A stretch of DNA of 64,000 nt from the human T2T-CHM13v2.0 reference genome, Homo sapiens, in the NCBI RefSeq assembly GCF_009914755.1, contig NC_060927.1, one strand, 5' to 3'. This document shows positions 1 through 29,779 of the stretch, piece after piece (within the stretch, counting starts at the first letter, position 1; every line of letters starts with the position of its first letter). The notes below the pieces were generated by a model. It did not search any database. It was not told the DNA's origin and saw nothing but the letters and a program-made list of their open reading frames with translations. A program made the position numbers and the translations under genes.

Positions 1-56
1 TTTACAAAAACACATCAGGTCAGATTTGGCCCATGGTCTGAAGTCTGCTGAGCCTG
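1..56. mobile_element. End of a MER58-like hAT element
   Basis: TTTACAAAAA...CAGATTTGGCCCATGGTCTGAAGTCTGCTGAGCCTG resembles the MER58 terminus. Confidence 0.6.
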
Positions 57-837
57 TTCTGAGCTATAAAGATCTTTGGAGACAAACTGTATTATGTTTT
101 TTTGTACCTACCACAGTGACTAATATATAACAAGGCTCATTAAATTACTTTTCACCTGAAGTAAGTCATTATCCATACTATATATAAAACAGAACTAAAT
201 TCATTCACTTGGAACAAGTGACAAAAAGAACAAGACACAAAAGGCCCCACCATTGTAGAAGGGTAAACACTATGCTGTATTTCTGAGATTGTTTTCTTCT
301 AAGAGTAATTGCTACTGGCAACTTTCTTCAGAGGGATAGGGGGAGAGTGTGCAACTTTTGTGAATATATAATAAAACGACTATTTGATATTTAAACCCCA
401 AATGTAATACCTAGTTTTCAGTGTTGTTGCTGCTCTTGGCGATCTGAATCCCCACCTGCTGACTCCTGCCATTGCCTCAAAGGCTAATCCACTTATGATC
501 CAGGAACCCTTAAGCTGCCTACTGTAGTTCCAAAACATCTTCTGATTTCTTTCCTGTAGTATACAAAGATGAAGGAAGCTAAAGAAGGAGTCAGAGGAAC
601 AGGGGAAAAGCAGTGACTGTTAGGACCAAAGTGAGAGACTTGAATTCCCAAATTATCCCAAAAATTCAGATGGAGGACTAAATCTATCACGCTGTATCCC
701 AAACCTACACTACCCATTAAGTATGTTTATGTATGCCCATGGCCTCAGGCAATAGTTCAATAGTTCATTTTGGTTTGAGCAGGGGAGAAGACTACAAAAA
801 CAAAGATTAGGACTGCGACTTAGTGCCAACAAAATAA

Positions 838-10000
<9,163 letters not shown>

Positions 10001-10578
10001 TTTTGCTGTGAGCTCATTTTGCTTAAGGTTTTACTTGTGGAAAATTCTTTAAGGCAAGTTCCTTCAGAAGATATTTAGATTTGATTCTGTTAGGTGGTTG
10101 GGGATTACCACCATTATAGAACACTTAATCAAAATCTCAACTTTTTTTCTTTCTTTTTTTTTTTACCATCAAAATAGTATGAATTCAGGTGAAAACCTAT
10201 GCAAAAGCTAAGTCATAAACTTTCATGGGAGATTTATTTTTCCCCATTTTAATCAATGACAAATTTTAAGACAGACTCTTTTCCTTATAATCCCCCAGCC
10301 CCTGAAGGAAACTGGAGTGCGTTTATTTCTAGTTCACCCCTGTGGTAAGAGCAGGTCATTAGGATCCCAAAATTATCTGGGAGATGTGGCCACCTATGAG
10401 ACATTCTATCCTGGATGGACCTTGAGAAACATCCTCAAGGTAAAGCAGGCTTCAGTGCTCTTTTTGGCTTTCTTGATCTTACTTTTTTTCATTTAATCCC
10501 TAGCCCACATTTTTCTTTGTTTTGCATGGTCATGGATACATTAAAATTCAAAAAAAAAAAATTTACCCAACATTTTAA

Positions 10579-11132
<554 letters not shown>

Positions 11133-11411
11133 TAATAGCATGTTACCTATCAGAGCTCTTGTGTCTACTACAGTGATTTTATATAAGAAGTTTTAATCCG
11201 TGTGTGTGTGTACATATATATACACACACATAACTATGTGTCTTTTGCTTGAAGATTTTGGCTCTTCCCAAAGAGGTAAATGTATACTTACTCATAAGAT
11301 AAACCAAGAACTGGTAATAGTCATATATTTTATTAAATATTACAATAATTTATATTATACAATAACTGATAATAGTAAATTATTAAATAGTTAAGCAAGG
11401 TTATTATTTCA

Positions 11412-11579
<168 letters not shown>

Positions 11580-11919
11580 TCATCTGTTTGCACCGTGCTA
11601 AGATAATATTTATCACAGTTGTTATTTTATAGTATAGCTTCAAGTCCAAATTTTTGTATAATTAATGAGAATGTATAAAATACTTGGTTAAAAAGGACAA
11701 ACCAATGTATCAATCTGGAGAATAAACACACAACATATGGGAATAAATACAGATTGAAATAGCACTATGTTTAAACAAAAATGTAGTGTCATGAATATTT
11801 TACTTAGTCAAATTTTTAAAAGGAGACTGATGAAATTATTTTTATCCAAATTTTATAGTTGAAATAACTGAATCTAAAATATTTACCCACATTTTATAAG
11901 AAAATTTCTACTTCTTTTA

Positions 11920-14320
<2,401 letters not shown>

Positions 14321-14923
14321 TTCAGTTTTTTTTTGAGATGGAGTATTGCACTGTCTCCCGGGCCTTGGATAGATCTTTTACTGCATTTTTGTACACAAAA
14401 TGTTTACTACATTTTTTGAATAAACGATGTATCTTTTCGCAATAAAGCATACCTAATATTGATATTCCTTTATTTTATTTTACTTTAATTTTTTGAGATC
14501 AAGTCTTGCTCTGTCGCCCAGGCTAGAGTGCAGTGGTGGGTTAAGCAGTTCTCCTGCCTCAGCCTCCTGAGCAGCTGGAATTACAGGCACGTGCCACCAC
14601 GCCTGACTAATTTTTGTATTTTTGGTAGAGACAGGGTTCACCATGTTGGTCAGGCTGGTCTCTAACTCCTGACCTCAGGTGATCCACCCGCCTCGACCTC
14701 CCAAAGTGCTGGGATTACAGGTGTGAGCCACCGCGCCCACCCAATATTCCATTATGTAATCAGTAAATTTATCTTGTGTCACTATGATCTTCCCCACTTG
14801 ATAAACTACAAACCATAAAGGTAAACATATGTAGATAATAAGTTAAAAGGAAAATCAATAAGTAGAATGCTGCAGGAACTAGTTGAGAGTTAGAGCTGAT
14901 TTTATTTTTTTAATTTAATTTAA

Positions 14924-15040
<117 letters not shown>

Positions 15041-15919
15041 TGAGTAGCTGGGACTACAGGTGCGTGCCACCACACCCGGCTAATCTTTGTATTTTCAGTA
15101 GAGATGGGGTTTCACTATGTTGGCCAGGCTGGTCTCGAACTCCTGAGCTCATGATCTGCCCACCTCAGCCTCCCACAGTGTTAGGATTACAGGTGTCAGC
15201 CACCGTGCCCGGCCTAGCTGATTTTACTTTAAAATTTTCAGGTTTCAGACCAGGCACAGTGGTTCACATCTGTAATCTCAGCATTTTGGCAGGCCGAGGC
15301 GGGTGGATCACCTGAGGTCAGGAGTTCAAGACCAGCCTGGCCAAGATGGTGAAACCCCGTCTCTACTAAAAATATAAAAAATTACCGGGTGTGGTGGCAC
15401 ATGCCTGTCTCAGCTACTTGGAGGCTGAGATATGAGAATCACTTTAACCCAGGAGGCGAAGGTTGCAGTGAGTCGAGATCATGCCACTGTACCCCAGCGT
15501 GGGTGACAGTGAGACTCTGTCTAAAAAAGAAAAAAAAATAATAAATTTTCAGGTTTCAGATCACTCAAGCAAAAGATACTTCCAATGTGCCTACTTGAGA
15601 CTGACAATAACTCTTAAGAATTGGAGGTATGAGGAATGACCTGGTCCTGGGTGCAGTGGCTCACGCCTGTAATCCCAGCACTTTGGGAGGCCGAGGTGAG
15701 TGGATCACCTGAGGTCAGGAGTTCTAGACCAGCCTGGCCAACATGGCAAAACCCTGTCTCTACTAAAAATACAAAAATTAGCTAAGCATGGTGGCACATG
15801 CCTGTATTCCTGGTTACTAAGGAGGCTGAGGCAGGAGAATGACTTGAACCTGGGAGGCAGAGGTTTTATGAGTCAAGATCACACCAATGCACTCTAGCCT
15901 GGGCGACAGAGTGAGACTG

Positions 15920-15966
<47 letters not shown>

Positions 15967-17119
15967 AAAAAAGAAAAAGGAAAAGGGAAGAAAAAAAGAA
16001 TTAGAGGAATAAGTGGTGCGCTGCCTTTGGTGCAAAATTAATGAGATGATGTCAGGATTTTATTAAACATAATTAAATGATTGACTCATGTCAGAATGCA
16101 GAAAATAGACTACTGGAACATTGTCAAGTTATAAACATTAGTGCTAAAAAAATTACCCTAATACACTAGAAGATGTTCAATGGTCCTGAGATACCTTAAG
16201 GTAAATTCTAAATTATAATATTAAGTACAATAATAATGAGGTCTGAATGGAAAAGACAAGATTTGAATTTGAAACAACCCTATCTGTTAAATTACTAGAA
16301 GAGTGATATATAAATTAATAGTAATCAATGGGAAATTAAGCTGGAAAAGAGTAATGTTGAAGAATTGCTTTATTTTGGTTATGTCATTGTCCTACTCATT
16401 ATAAATATCACTTCCTTTCCTTCTACTTTTCTATTATTCTACACTATAAATATTTCAGGCTGTTTCATAGTTTTAAAGAAGTTTCTTGTCAGGGGTTATG
16501 AGGGAACAGAGACACTTGGCCATCCCATTACCTGTTTCAAATATAGAATTTCCATTCTAATCTGTTTCACACATTGGTATTCCTTTTAAGTTTACTTTTA
16601 AAGGGACTCCACTGCATTACCTTAAAATAAAAAGCTTGCTCTTATTGACTTGGAAACATTCTGCTTTCTCGCAGACATAATTCTATAACAATATAGCTTA
16701 TCAGACACCATTTAGAACTTCTCCTGTCAAGCTTCACTCTTAGCCATTTTGATATTTTGTCCTCCACACCAGCAATGTTATCCTAACTTGTCCAGAAATC
16801 ATTGTTCAGTAACTTCGTCTTTCTGGAGGACAAATGACACAAGAAACAAGGAACAAAAAATTGAAAAAGGCAAAAGCCACTGTTGCAACCTTGAGTACCA
16901 TACTCTTTCTGCCTTGGATTAACATTGCTCTGAGCCTGGAGAGGATCATCAAATGACAGCAAGTCATTATTAGTCTGATGACTAATAATTTCTTCCAACC
17001 CATCTTCTCTGCCCTCCTGTTTCCATGAGGAAATGGTGTTCCTAGGAGGAAACGCTAATGTGTATTGCACATTTCTAGGCAAATTAACAAGTAGGAGTGC
17101 CTTTTCTATCTTTTTATCT

Positions 17120-17305
17120 TCTCCTGTCTGCCAGGACACCAATACCCCATGAAAACTTCGGTCCCTGAATGACTGGGGAGAGCAATTAACACCCTACTCC
17201 CCCTAATGATACTTTACGGTTATGGGTGTGAGAAATAAATTTCTATGTGTTAAGCCACTCAGATTTTGAAATTAACTGATTATAGCAGCCAGCACTACTT
17301 TAATC
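17120..17305 (+). mobile_element. MLT1 (ERVL-MaLR) LTR 3' fragment
   Basis: GGTCCCTGAATGACT...GTGAGAAATAAATTTCTATGTGTTAAGCCACT...TTATAGCAGCC, a typical MLT1 end. Confidence 0.65.
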
Positions 17306-17561
17306 AAAATAAAATTGTTATTAGTCCCTTTCCTTAATAGTTCTTTAAAAGAACTATACCTTTTTATCTCTGACTAGCTGGCTGAATCAGTGAGAATCAT
17401 TCAGCTTGTGGCTAATGACAGATATCACACATCTTGAAGATTAATTTTCTAATTAATGTAAAGCTTCTGGAATGTTTAAGTTTAGAAAACTGAGTTTACC
17501 TGGAAAACAAAGTCTGAATTAAGACTAGAGAATAATAGTAAGGAAAATAATTATGCATATA

Positions 17562-17587
17562 TGTGTGTGTGTGTGTGTGTGTGTGTA
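17562..17587. repeat. (TG)n microsatellite, about 13 units
   Basis: TG run. Confidence 0.93.
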
Positions 17588-17819
17588 TACATGCATATTA
17601 CCCACACCTATAGGACATGTTTAAAATCCTAAAAATCCACGTAATGACAGTGGAAAATCTGGGCTCTTCTATTTTTCTGTTGGCAAGAGACCTTAAATAG
17701 AAGGAGGCTCAAACTTTTTAGTGGACATGTGCATGATAAAAGAGTGAACTAAACTTAATTGTGTCTGATAGCCAATATTGGTCTATCATTTTTAGACTGG
17801 GTTAATATGAGCGACAATT

Positions 17820-19255
<1,436 letters not shown>

Positions 19256-19684
19256 ATAATATGGCAGAGTAAAATTCACTGTAACATTTTTAAGGAAATA
19301 TTAAGAAATACATAAACACTGATGCAAATCCTCAGTGATATAAAGTAGCAAACGATTGAGTAAAGAGAAAAGATTAATAAATTCTAGGAAATAGGGGATT
19401 GATTATCCAATCAATGTACTGTATTATTAGCAGGATGCTATATCATAAGTTAAAAAAATAAAAAATATCATTAGAAGCGTGAAAAACTCAAGTAAAAAAT
19501 TCAAGCAGTAAAAGGTTAACTTCCGTGATTAAAGAATTAAAAGATTTCCCAAAGAATGGATACGAAGCAGGCTAATGCACATTAATCCTTGGCAATTCAA
19601 GACTCTGAAATTTTATTGTCAAGCTTACATATAAATTCCAAATATTGGAAACAAGGAAGTGTAAAAAGAAAAATCACATATTAA

Positions 19685-19996
<312 letters not shown>

Positions 19997-20083
19997 TAAG
20001 CCACTGTGCCCAGCCTCTTTCATTAATGTTTTATACTTTTCAGCATACAGATCTTGCACATACTTTGTTAGATTTATACCTAA

Positions 20084-20651
<568 letters not shown>

Positions 20652-21151
20652 TCAAGTTAACTTTCTTCCTCTAGTTTTCCACTGAGAAAGCCACTGTTCA
20701 TAGTTTCTTATGAAACATCCAAAAATATATTTCAACTAAATGTATGTATATATAAATCTTCTCATCATCCTTTATCCTTCTGTATTTAACTGGTTCTCTG
20801 TAGATGAACATGTAGAATGTTTTAAATTTTAAATATTCATAAATGCTACAATGAACATATTTGCATCTATGCCTCTGTACACACATCCAAGTGTATATTT
20901 ATAATCTAAATTCCTGGAACCACAAATCCTCAGAGAAAGGTATGTCCACTTTCAATTCTGATAGAGATTGGCAAGTAATCTACACATACAACAGTATTTG
21001 AGAGAAGTCAGGTATTTTTTAAAAAACATTATCAGAGTTTCTCATGGATACACATAGTTAAGAGTTACTGTAACAGAACCTAGAATGGAGAGAGGGTGAA
21101 ACTGAAGTTACTAAAACAGAAAGGTTCTGATGTGATCCACAAAAGAAAGTA

Positions 21152-21235
21152 TTAGGTTGGTAAAAAAGTTACTGTGTTTTTTTTTTTGCCATTAAAAGTA
21201 ACAGCAAAAACCACAATTACTTTTGCACCAACCCA
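21152..21235. mobile_element. MADE1 mariner-derived palindromic MITE
   Basis: TA|TTAGGTTGGTAAAAAAGTTACTGTGTTTTT...GCCATTAAAAGTAACAGCAAAAACCACAATTACTTTTGCACCAACCCA|TA: two TIRs around a short spacer. Confidence 0.9.
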
Positions 21236-21795
21236 TAAGGGATTAAACTAAAGATATGGTAGTGGGGCTAAAAGAGTACGGCAAGAAGATATTCAGAAGG
21301 TAGAATTTATAAAAAACAATCAAGAGTCTCATGAGATTAAGGATTGCTTGTAGCACACCATTATATCCTCAGGACTTGGCACTCAAATGCATTTTTGGTA
21401 AATAATGACAAGGTAGACAGCAAGTAGGATGTACAGTGTGTGTGCTGATGAAGAAAAGGGAGGCATTAACCTAGATTCATGTCTTTTTGACTTAGAAGTC
21501 TAGACAGATAAAAAATGGATAGAAGAATACTAAAAGGTTTTTATATAGTATGATCAAGGAATAATCAGAAGTATGTAACTAAAATAATTTCTAAGCTCAG
21601 TCATGGAAATAAGTGTGTAGTCTTCTAAGAATAGCATGACTCTATCAATATAAATAACATAAATAGTAAGTCACAAGCCAGGTGCGGTGCCTCACACCTG
21701 TAATCCCAGCACTTTGGGAGGCCGAGGCGGGTGGATCACAGAGGTCAGGAGTTTGAGACCAGCCTGGCTAACATGGTGAAACCCTGTTTCTATTA

Positions 21796-21966
<171 letters not shown>

Positions 21967-21981
21967 TTAAAATAAAAGTAA

Positions 21982-22292
<311 letters not shown>

Positions 22293-22622
22293 TGACAGGA
22301 TTACAGCTGTGAGTCACTGTGCCCAGCCAAAATGTGACTACATTGAAACTCGCCCCCTACATTACACTCAGTCTGAAGAATGTGTTCATGTCTAGTTCAT
22401 GATGATGTATTAAATACTAGCATCTAATCTCTCCCCATTAACTGCCATTAAAACAACCTAAAAAGATATCTGAAAAAAGATAAATTCAGCTGGGTGTTGT
22501 GGCTTATGTCTGTAATGCCAGTATTTTGGTTGGCAGTGGTGGGAGGATCCCATTTGAGCCCAGGATTCCAGACCAGCCTGGGCAACATAGCGAGACCCCA
22601 TCTCTATGAAATATTTCTTTTA

Positions 22623-23048
<426 letters not shown>

Positions 23049-23379
23049 TCACACCACTACACTCCAGCCTGGGCAACAGAGCAAGACTCTGTTTGAAAAT
23101 AAAAAGTTTGCCCTAAGACCAACATCAGAAGGCAAGGATAAAGTGGAAGAGTAGTGCAAGCTACCACAAACAACACATTAGTAGAAGAAAATGGGAAGAG
23201 ACAATGAAAACAATTAAAAAACTTGGATTTGAGTGGGTGCGCCACTGCTATGTGACCTAAGGCTAGTTATTTAGTATCTCTGGTTTCATCATCAACAAAA
23301 TGAAAATAATGAAACATATGTAAAGACTTAAAATGAAACAAATGTAAAGACTTAAAAAGACTTAAATGTAAAAGACTTA

Positions 23380-23781
<402 letters not shown>

Positions 23782-24739
23782 CTATCCTGATGACTTGAGA
23801 GGCCCAAAGTTAGTGATACATGATTATACTTCATTTTTATGGGTGTAGTCGCACAATTTTGTTCTATGGCAAATACTATTTACAAAAACACCTGTAAATG
23901 ATCGATTGGTTTTCCATTTTTAGAATCTACTGAGGGTTGTACAAACTATAAAGCAGGAAATTAATATTTTATTTTTCCAGAAAATATTTCATCTTTCAAA
24001 TGGTTTCATGAAAAAAATAAAAAATAAAATAAAAAATTATTTTTCTTAGAGGTTATCTGGGATGATATTTAAATTTAAAACTATACCAACAGAAAATAGG
24101 AACAAAGTCACAAAACAGAATAGAATTTAAATATACCTTGACTTTATTCTACAAAAGTGGGTATAAGAGATATTACAATAAATTCTGAAATGTGTGCTTT
24201 TCACAAGCTAATGATTATTGTTGTTACACAACTGCAATCACTTTTAGTACTTTTCATAGATTAAAAATAATTCATTAGCACAGAAAAGGGCATAAGCAGA
24301 CCCTGAAACATATTCGTGTGTCAGAAAGGATGGAGATGCTTAAAAAATAATAATAATAAAGGTCAGGTGTGGTGGCTCACATCTGTAATCCCAGCACTTT
24401 GGGAGGCCAAGGCAGGTGGATCACAAGGTCAGGAGTTCAAGACCAGTCTGTCCAAGATGGTGAAATCCCATATCTACCAATACAAAAATTAGCCGGGCGT
24501 GGTGGTGGGTGCCTGTAATCCCAGCTGCTTGGGAGGCTGAGGCAGAGAATTGCTTGAACCCGGGAGGCGGAGGTTGCAGTGAGCCAAGATCACAAAAGCC
24601 TCCTGAGTAGTTGGGATTACAGGCATGGACCACCACGCCCGGCTAATTGTGTATTTTTAGTAGAGAGAGCATTTTGCCATATTGGCCTGGGTGACAGAAC
24701 GAGACTTCGTCTAAAAAACAAACAAACAAACAAACAAAA

Positions 24740-25545
24740 TCTAACGTACATAGGAACTGGATTGAAAGGAACTCCCACTGGCCAAATCTGCTACAATTTG
24801 AGAACCAAAATAAAAAAAGAGTACTGATTTACAACTTGTCAAATAAAACAGAAATAAAATAGGTATCCATGAGTCTACAGTGATACCAATTTTTTTTAAA
24901 AGGAATTCAGAACTGTAAAAAGTGAGTGAATGAATGAATAAATGGAGAAAGGAAAGTTCTTCCTTACAGTAGAGTGCCAACTAAGAAATACAAAATAAAC
25001 GACAGAGTTAGAAAATCATCATTTTAGTCACTACTCTGTGACCCTCACAGTAATAACTGAGTCAGGCAAAGATCATAAATCGGTACTAAAACTATTATGT
25101 CAGAGTCTGATAAGAAACAGGATTATTACATAGTTTTAAAGAATACGTCTACAGCTCACTTCAGTAATTAAAAAGGACACTGCTAACTACACAGGAGAAA
25201 CTTTGCAGACCTCACTTTAGTCAGTGATCAGAGTTAATAATATGAATAATGAACAAACTGACATCACGTGCCTCCTGATGTGATGCATTGAGGACAAAAT
25301 ATCATTTATGTAGTAGTCCTGCCAAGAATGTGAAACTAAAATTTAAACATGCAGATCAGACAAAACTCAAGTAAGAACATTCTGTAAAATAACTAGTCTA
25401 TACTCTTCAAAATGTCATGAAACAAAAAGGCTCAGAAACAATTCCAGGTTAAAGGAGACAAAAACAAATGTAACAACTAAATGCAATGCATTATTCTGCA
25501 TTGGTCCTAGGCTGAAAAAAAATTGTTAAAGGTTGGGGTGGTTGT
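24740..25545 (+). mobile_element. L1MC-like 3'UTR fragment
   Basis: GATTGAAAGGAACTCCCACTGGCCAAATCTG; TTCCAGGTTAAAGGAGAC...ACAACTAAATGCAATGC. Confidence 0.6.
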
Positions 25546-25856
25546 GACAATTTTTTCTTTTTTTTTTTTTTGAGACCGAATCTTGTTCTATCACCCAGGC
25601 TGGAGTGCAGTGGCGTAAATCTCAGCTCACTGCAACCTCCTGTTCCTGGGTTCAAGTGATTCGAGTGCCTCAGCCCCCTAAGTAGCTGGGATTACAGGGA
25701 CGTGCCACCACACCTGGCTACTTTTTTGTATTTTTAGTACAGACAGGGTTTTGCCATGTAGGCCAGGCTGGTCTCGAACTCCTGACCTCAAGTGATCTAC
25801 CCACCTCGGTCTACCAAAGTGCTGGGATTGCAAGTGTGAGCCACCTTGCCTGGCCT

Positions 25857-26006
25857 AATATATATTTTATATATGCATATTAACATGTGTAACACACACA
25901 TTATATATTATATATAATTTATATAATGTATACTATATATAATATATATCGTATATTACATATCGTATACAATATATATCGTATACAATATATATTATAT
26001 ATACAT
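25857..26006. repeat. AT-rich (TA)n-like low-complexity tract with a repeated ATATATCGTATACAAT unit
   Basis: Seen directly in the sequence. Confidence 0.85.
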
Positions 26007-26169
26007 AGTGTCTAAGTGCGGAAATCTGGGAAAATATTGAAAATGGATTAGGTGAATTTTCTGTAACATGTCTATAATTTGATTGTTTTTTAAATTTATT
26101 TTAAAAAATTATTAGAATACGTAATTTCTTTTTGATCTGCCACATATTATTATTATTATTTTTTTTTGA

Positions 26170-26328
<159 letters not shown>

Positions 26329-26541
26329 TAGTAGAGGCAGCATTTTGCCATATTGGCCAGGCTGGTCTCGAACTTCTGGTCTTATGTGATCTGCCTGCCT
26401 CAGTCTCCCAAAATGCTTGGATTACAGGTGTGTGCCACCATGCCTGGTCAGTCTTCCACATATTCTAAAACTACTATGGTTAAAACAGTACTGATATGAT
26501 AAAAGATAAATCACTAGGAGGAGAAAAAATATACAAATACA

Positions 26542-27948
26542 TAGGTGTACCCTGAATATAGCGCAAGTTTACTCCCAGACCATCACAAAAAAGCAAATAT
26601 TGTAATAAAGCAAGTCACAAAACCTTTGGTTTCGCAGTGCATATAAAAGTGTGCAATAGCATTATGTCTGAAAAAACAATGTACATAGCTTAACTAAAAA
26701 ATGTAATACTTTATTGCTAGAAAATGCTAATGATCACCTGACTCTTCAGTGAGTCATAATTTTTTCAGTGGTGGAGGGTCTTGCTTGAAATGTTGATGGC
26801 TGCTGACTTAACAGGGTCGTTGTTGAAGGTTGGGGTGACTATGGCAATTTCTCAAGATGACAGTGAAGTTTGCTGCATCAATTGATTCTTCCTTTCATAA
26901 AAGATTCTCTGTAGCATGTGATGCTGTTTGACAACATTTTCTCCACAGACCTTCTTTCAAAACTGGAGACAACCCTCTCCCACCCTTGTCACTGCTTTAT
27001 CAACTAAGTTTATGTAATATCCTAAATCCTTCGTTGTCATTTTAACAATGTTCACAGCATCTTCACTAGGACTAAATACCATCTCTTTCATTGCTCATCC
27101 GTAAGAATTAACTCCTCATCTCTTCAAGTTTGAGCAGGAGATAGCAGCAACTCAGGCAAATTTTCTGGCTCCACTTCTAATTCTAGCTCTCTTGCTATCT
27201 CCACTACATCTGGGTGACTTCCTCCACTTGTCTTAACCCCTCAAAGTCATCCATGAACACTGATATCAACTTCTTCCAAACTCCTGTTAATGTTGATAGT
27301 TGGACCTCCTCCCATGAATCACTAATTTCTTAATGGTATCTAGAATGGTGAATCCTTCCCAGAAGTTTCTCAATTTTCTTGCCCAGATGCATCAACAGAG
27401 TCACTTTCTATGGCAGCCACAAGGCTTATGCAATGTTTTTTCTTAAATAATTAAGGCTTGAAAGTAAAAATTACTTCTGTTGTGTTAACAGTCATGAAAA
27501 ATGAGAGAAGTGTGACTCTTCCACTTGAACATTAAGGAACATTGTAGAGTTATTAAGTGGCCTAATTTCAATATTGTTTTGTCTCAGGGAATAGGGAGGC
27601 CTGTGAGGGAAAGGGATCAGGGAAGGGCCTGTCAATGGAGCAGTCAAAACACACATAACATTGATGGATTAGGTCCACCATCTTATGTGGGTACAGTTCA
27701 TGGTGCCCCAAAACAATTACAATAGAACATCAAAGATTACTGATCACCAATCACCATAGCAGATTTAATACTAATGAAAAAGTCTGAAATAACCAAGATT
27801 TACCAAAATGTGACACAGAAACACTAAGTCAGCATATGCTGTTGGGAAAATGGCACTGATAGCCTTGCTTGATGCAGGGTTGCCACAAACCTTCAATTTG
27901 AAAAAAACCACGCAATAAAGCAAAGCACAATAAAATGAGGTCTGCTTG
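26542..27948 (-). mobile_element. Tigger1 DNA transposon with both ends and an internal deletion
   Basis: The minus-strand start CAAGCAGACCTCATTTTATTGTGCTTTGCTTTATTGCG...TTGAAGGTTTGTGGCAACCCTGC matches the recalled Tigger1 5' end, and the opposite end matches its 3' TIR. Length is about 1.4 kb. Confidence 0.9.
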
Positions 27949-28698
27949 TGTAACAATTCAGTGAAGGAAGGAACTAGGAACTTCTAGTTGAATTGGTTAT
28001 TATAAAAAAAAAACAAAAAACAAGACAAACAAAAAAGTCAAACATATAGCTAATATAATCTCCCCAAACAGCTAGACAGTTTTAAGGTATCTTCAAAACA
28101 TTAAGCACAACTGAGGGTCAACAGTAATAAATATTTTGGTAGCTCTTCAGTATCCCTGCTCCAAAAGGTATTTTCTCTGAATTCTTATTGTAAGTACACA
28201 GTTGGAACCTTAAAAAGTGAGCTTGCATGGTTGTATTAAGAAGTGGTTGAGGGCCGGGTGCGGTGGCTCATGCCTGAAATCCCAACACTTTGGGAAGCCA
28301 AGGCAAGCAGGTCACTTGAGGTCAGGAGTTCAAGACAGCCTGGCCAACATGGGGAAACCTCGTCTCCACTAAAACCCAAAAATTAGCCCAGCGTGGTGAC
28401 GCAGCTACTCAGGCGGCCGAGGCGGAAGAATCGCTTGAACCCAGGAAGCGGAGGTCACAGTGAGCTGAGACCACGCCACTGTACTCCAGCCTGGGTGACA
28501 GAGCGAGACTCGGTCTCAAACAAACAAACAAAAAAGAAGTGGTTAAATACAGAATTTCTGTATTTTCAACAGTATCTTAAGAGATATTTCTCAGAGCTGC
28601 TAAAATGAACAAGAGTACAATCTAGTCATATTTGAGTCATGCACTCAAACTTCATACACATGGTTAAAAATACGTGTTCAAGAAATTAACAAAGTTAA

Positions 28699-28938
<240 letters not shown>

Positions 28939-29539
28939 TGATCCGCCCACCTTGGCCTCCCAAAGTGCTGGGATTACAGGTGTGAGCCACCGCGCCCAGC
29001 CCCTAAAGCCACAAAACTTTTAATGTCACATAAGTATGTACTTTTATCCAACAATAAAAATGGAGGAAATAAGACATATGCAATGAACATAAGCAACAGA
29101 AAACCAAAATAACAAAGACGACAACACTGTGAAGCTGTCACAAGTCAGTACTAGCACAATAATGATGGTATAGTAAGTCTAAAAATTTTGACACAGTAGA
29201 TGAAACAGAGATGTACTCTTATTCTCTCCCTGGAGAAAATGGAGAAAAGGATAAAAAGAATATCTTAACTCTCTCATTCACTTTCAACTTAGAAGCATGG
29301 CTTGAAAATATGAGTGAATTTTATTTAGGTTGCTGGTCTGAGATGAAGAGAGGATGGGAAGTTGATGTCAGCAATACATTTTAAAAAAGAGAGGGTAAAA
29401 TATTTAGTGTCTTTTCACAAACTACAATAAAAACACCTAATATAATCAGGGACATTTGTAGGGACCAAGAAAATGACTAATGTTAGGCAATTTAAATGAA
29501 TTAATCACAGCAATAATAAAGTACTGTTTTCATAATTAA

Positions 29540-29779
<240 letters not shown>

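Noticed and set aside
16694-16706. TAGCTTATCAGAC, identical to the first 13 nt of miR-21-5p
   Set aside because: The match stops at 13 nt, there is no pre-miR-21 hairpin, and the site is deep intronic. Such a match to some known miRNA is expected by chance in 64 kb.
16783-17142. 119-aa minus-strand ORF as an extra STAG1 exon
   Set aside because: The flanking exons already join seamlessly (MPEQ|IVVQ), there is no similarity to SA proteins, and it adjoins an MLT1 fragment.
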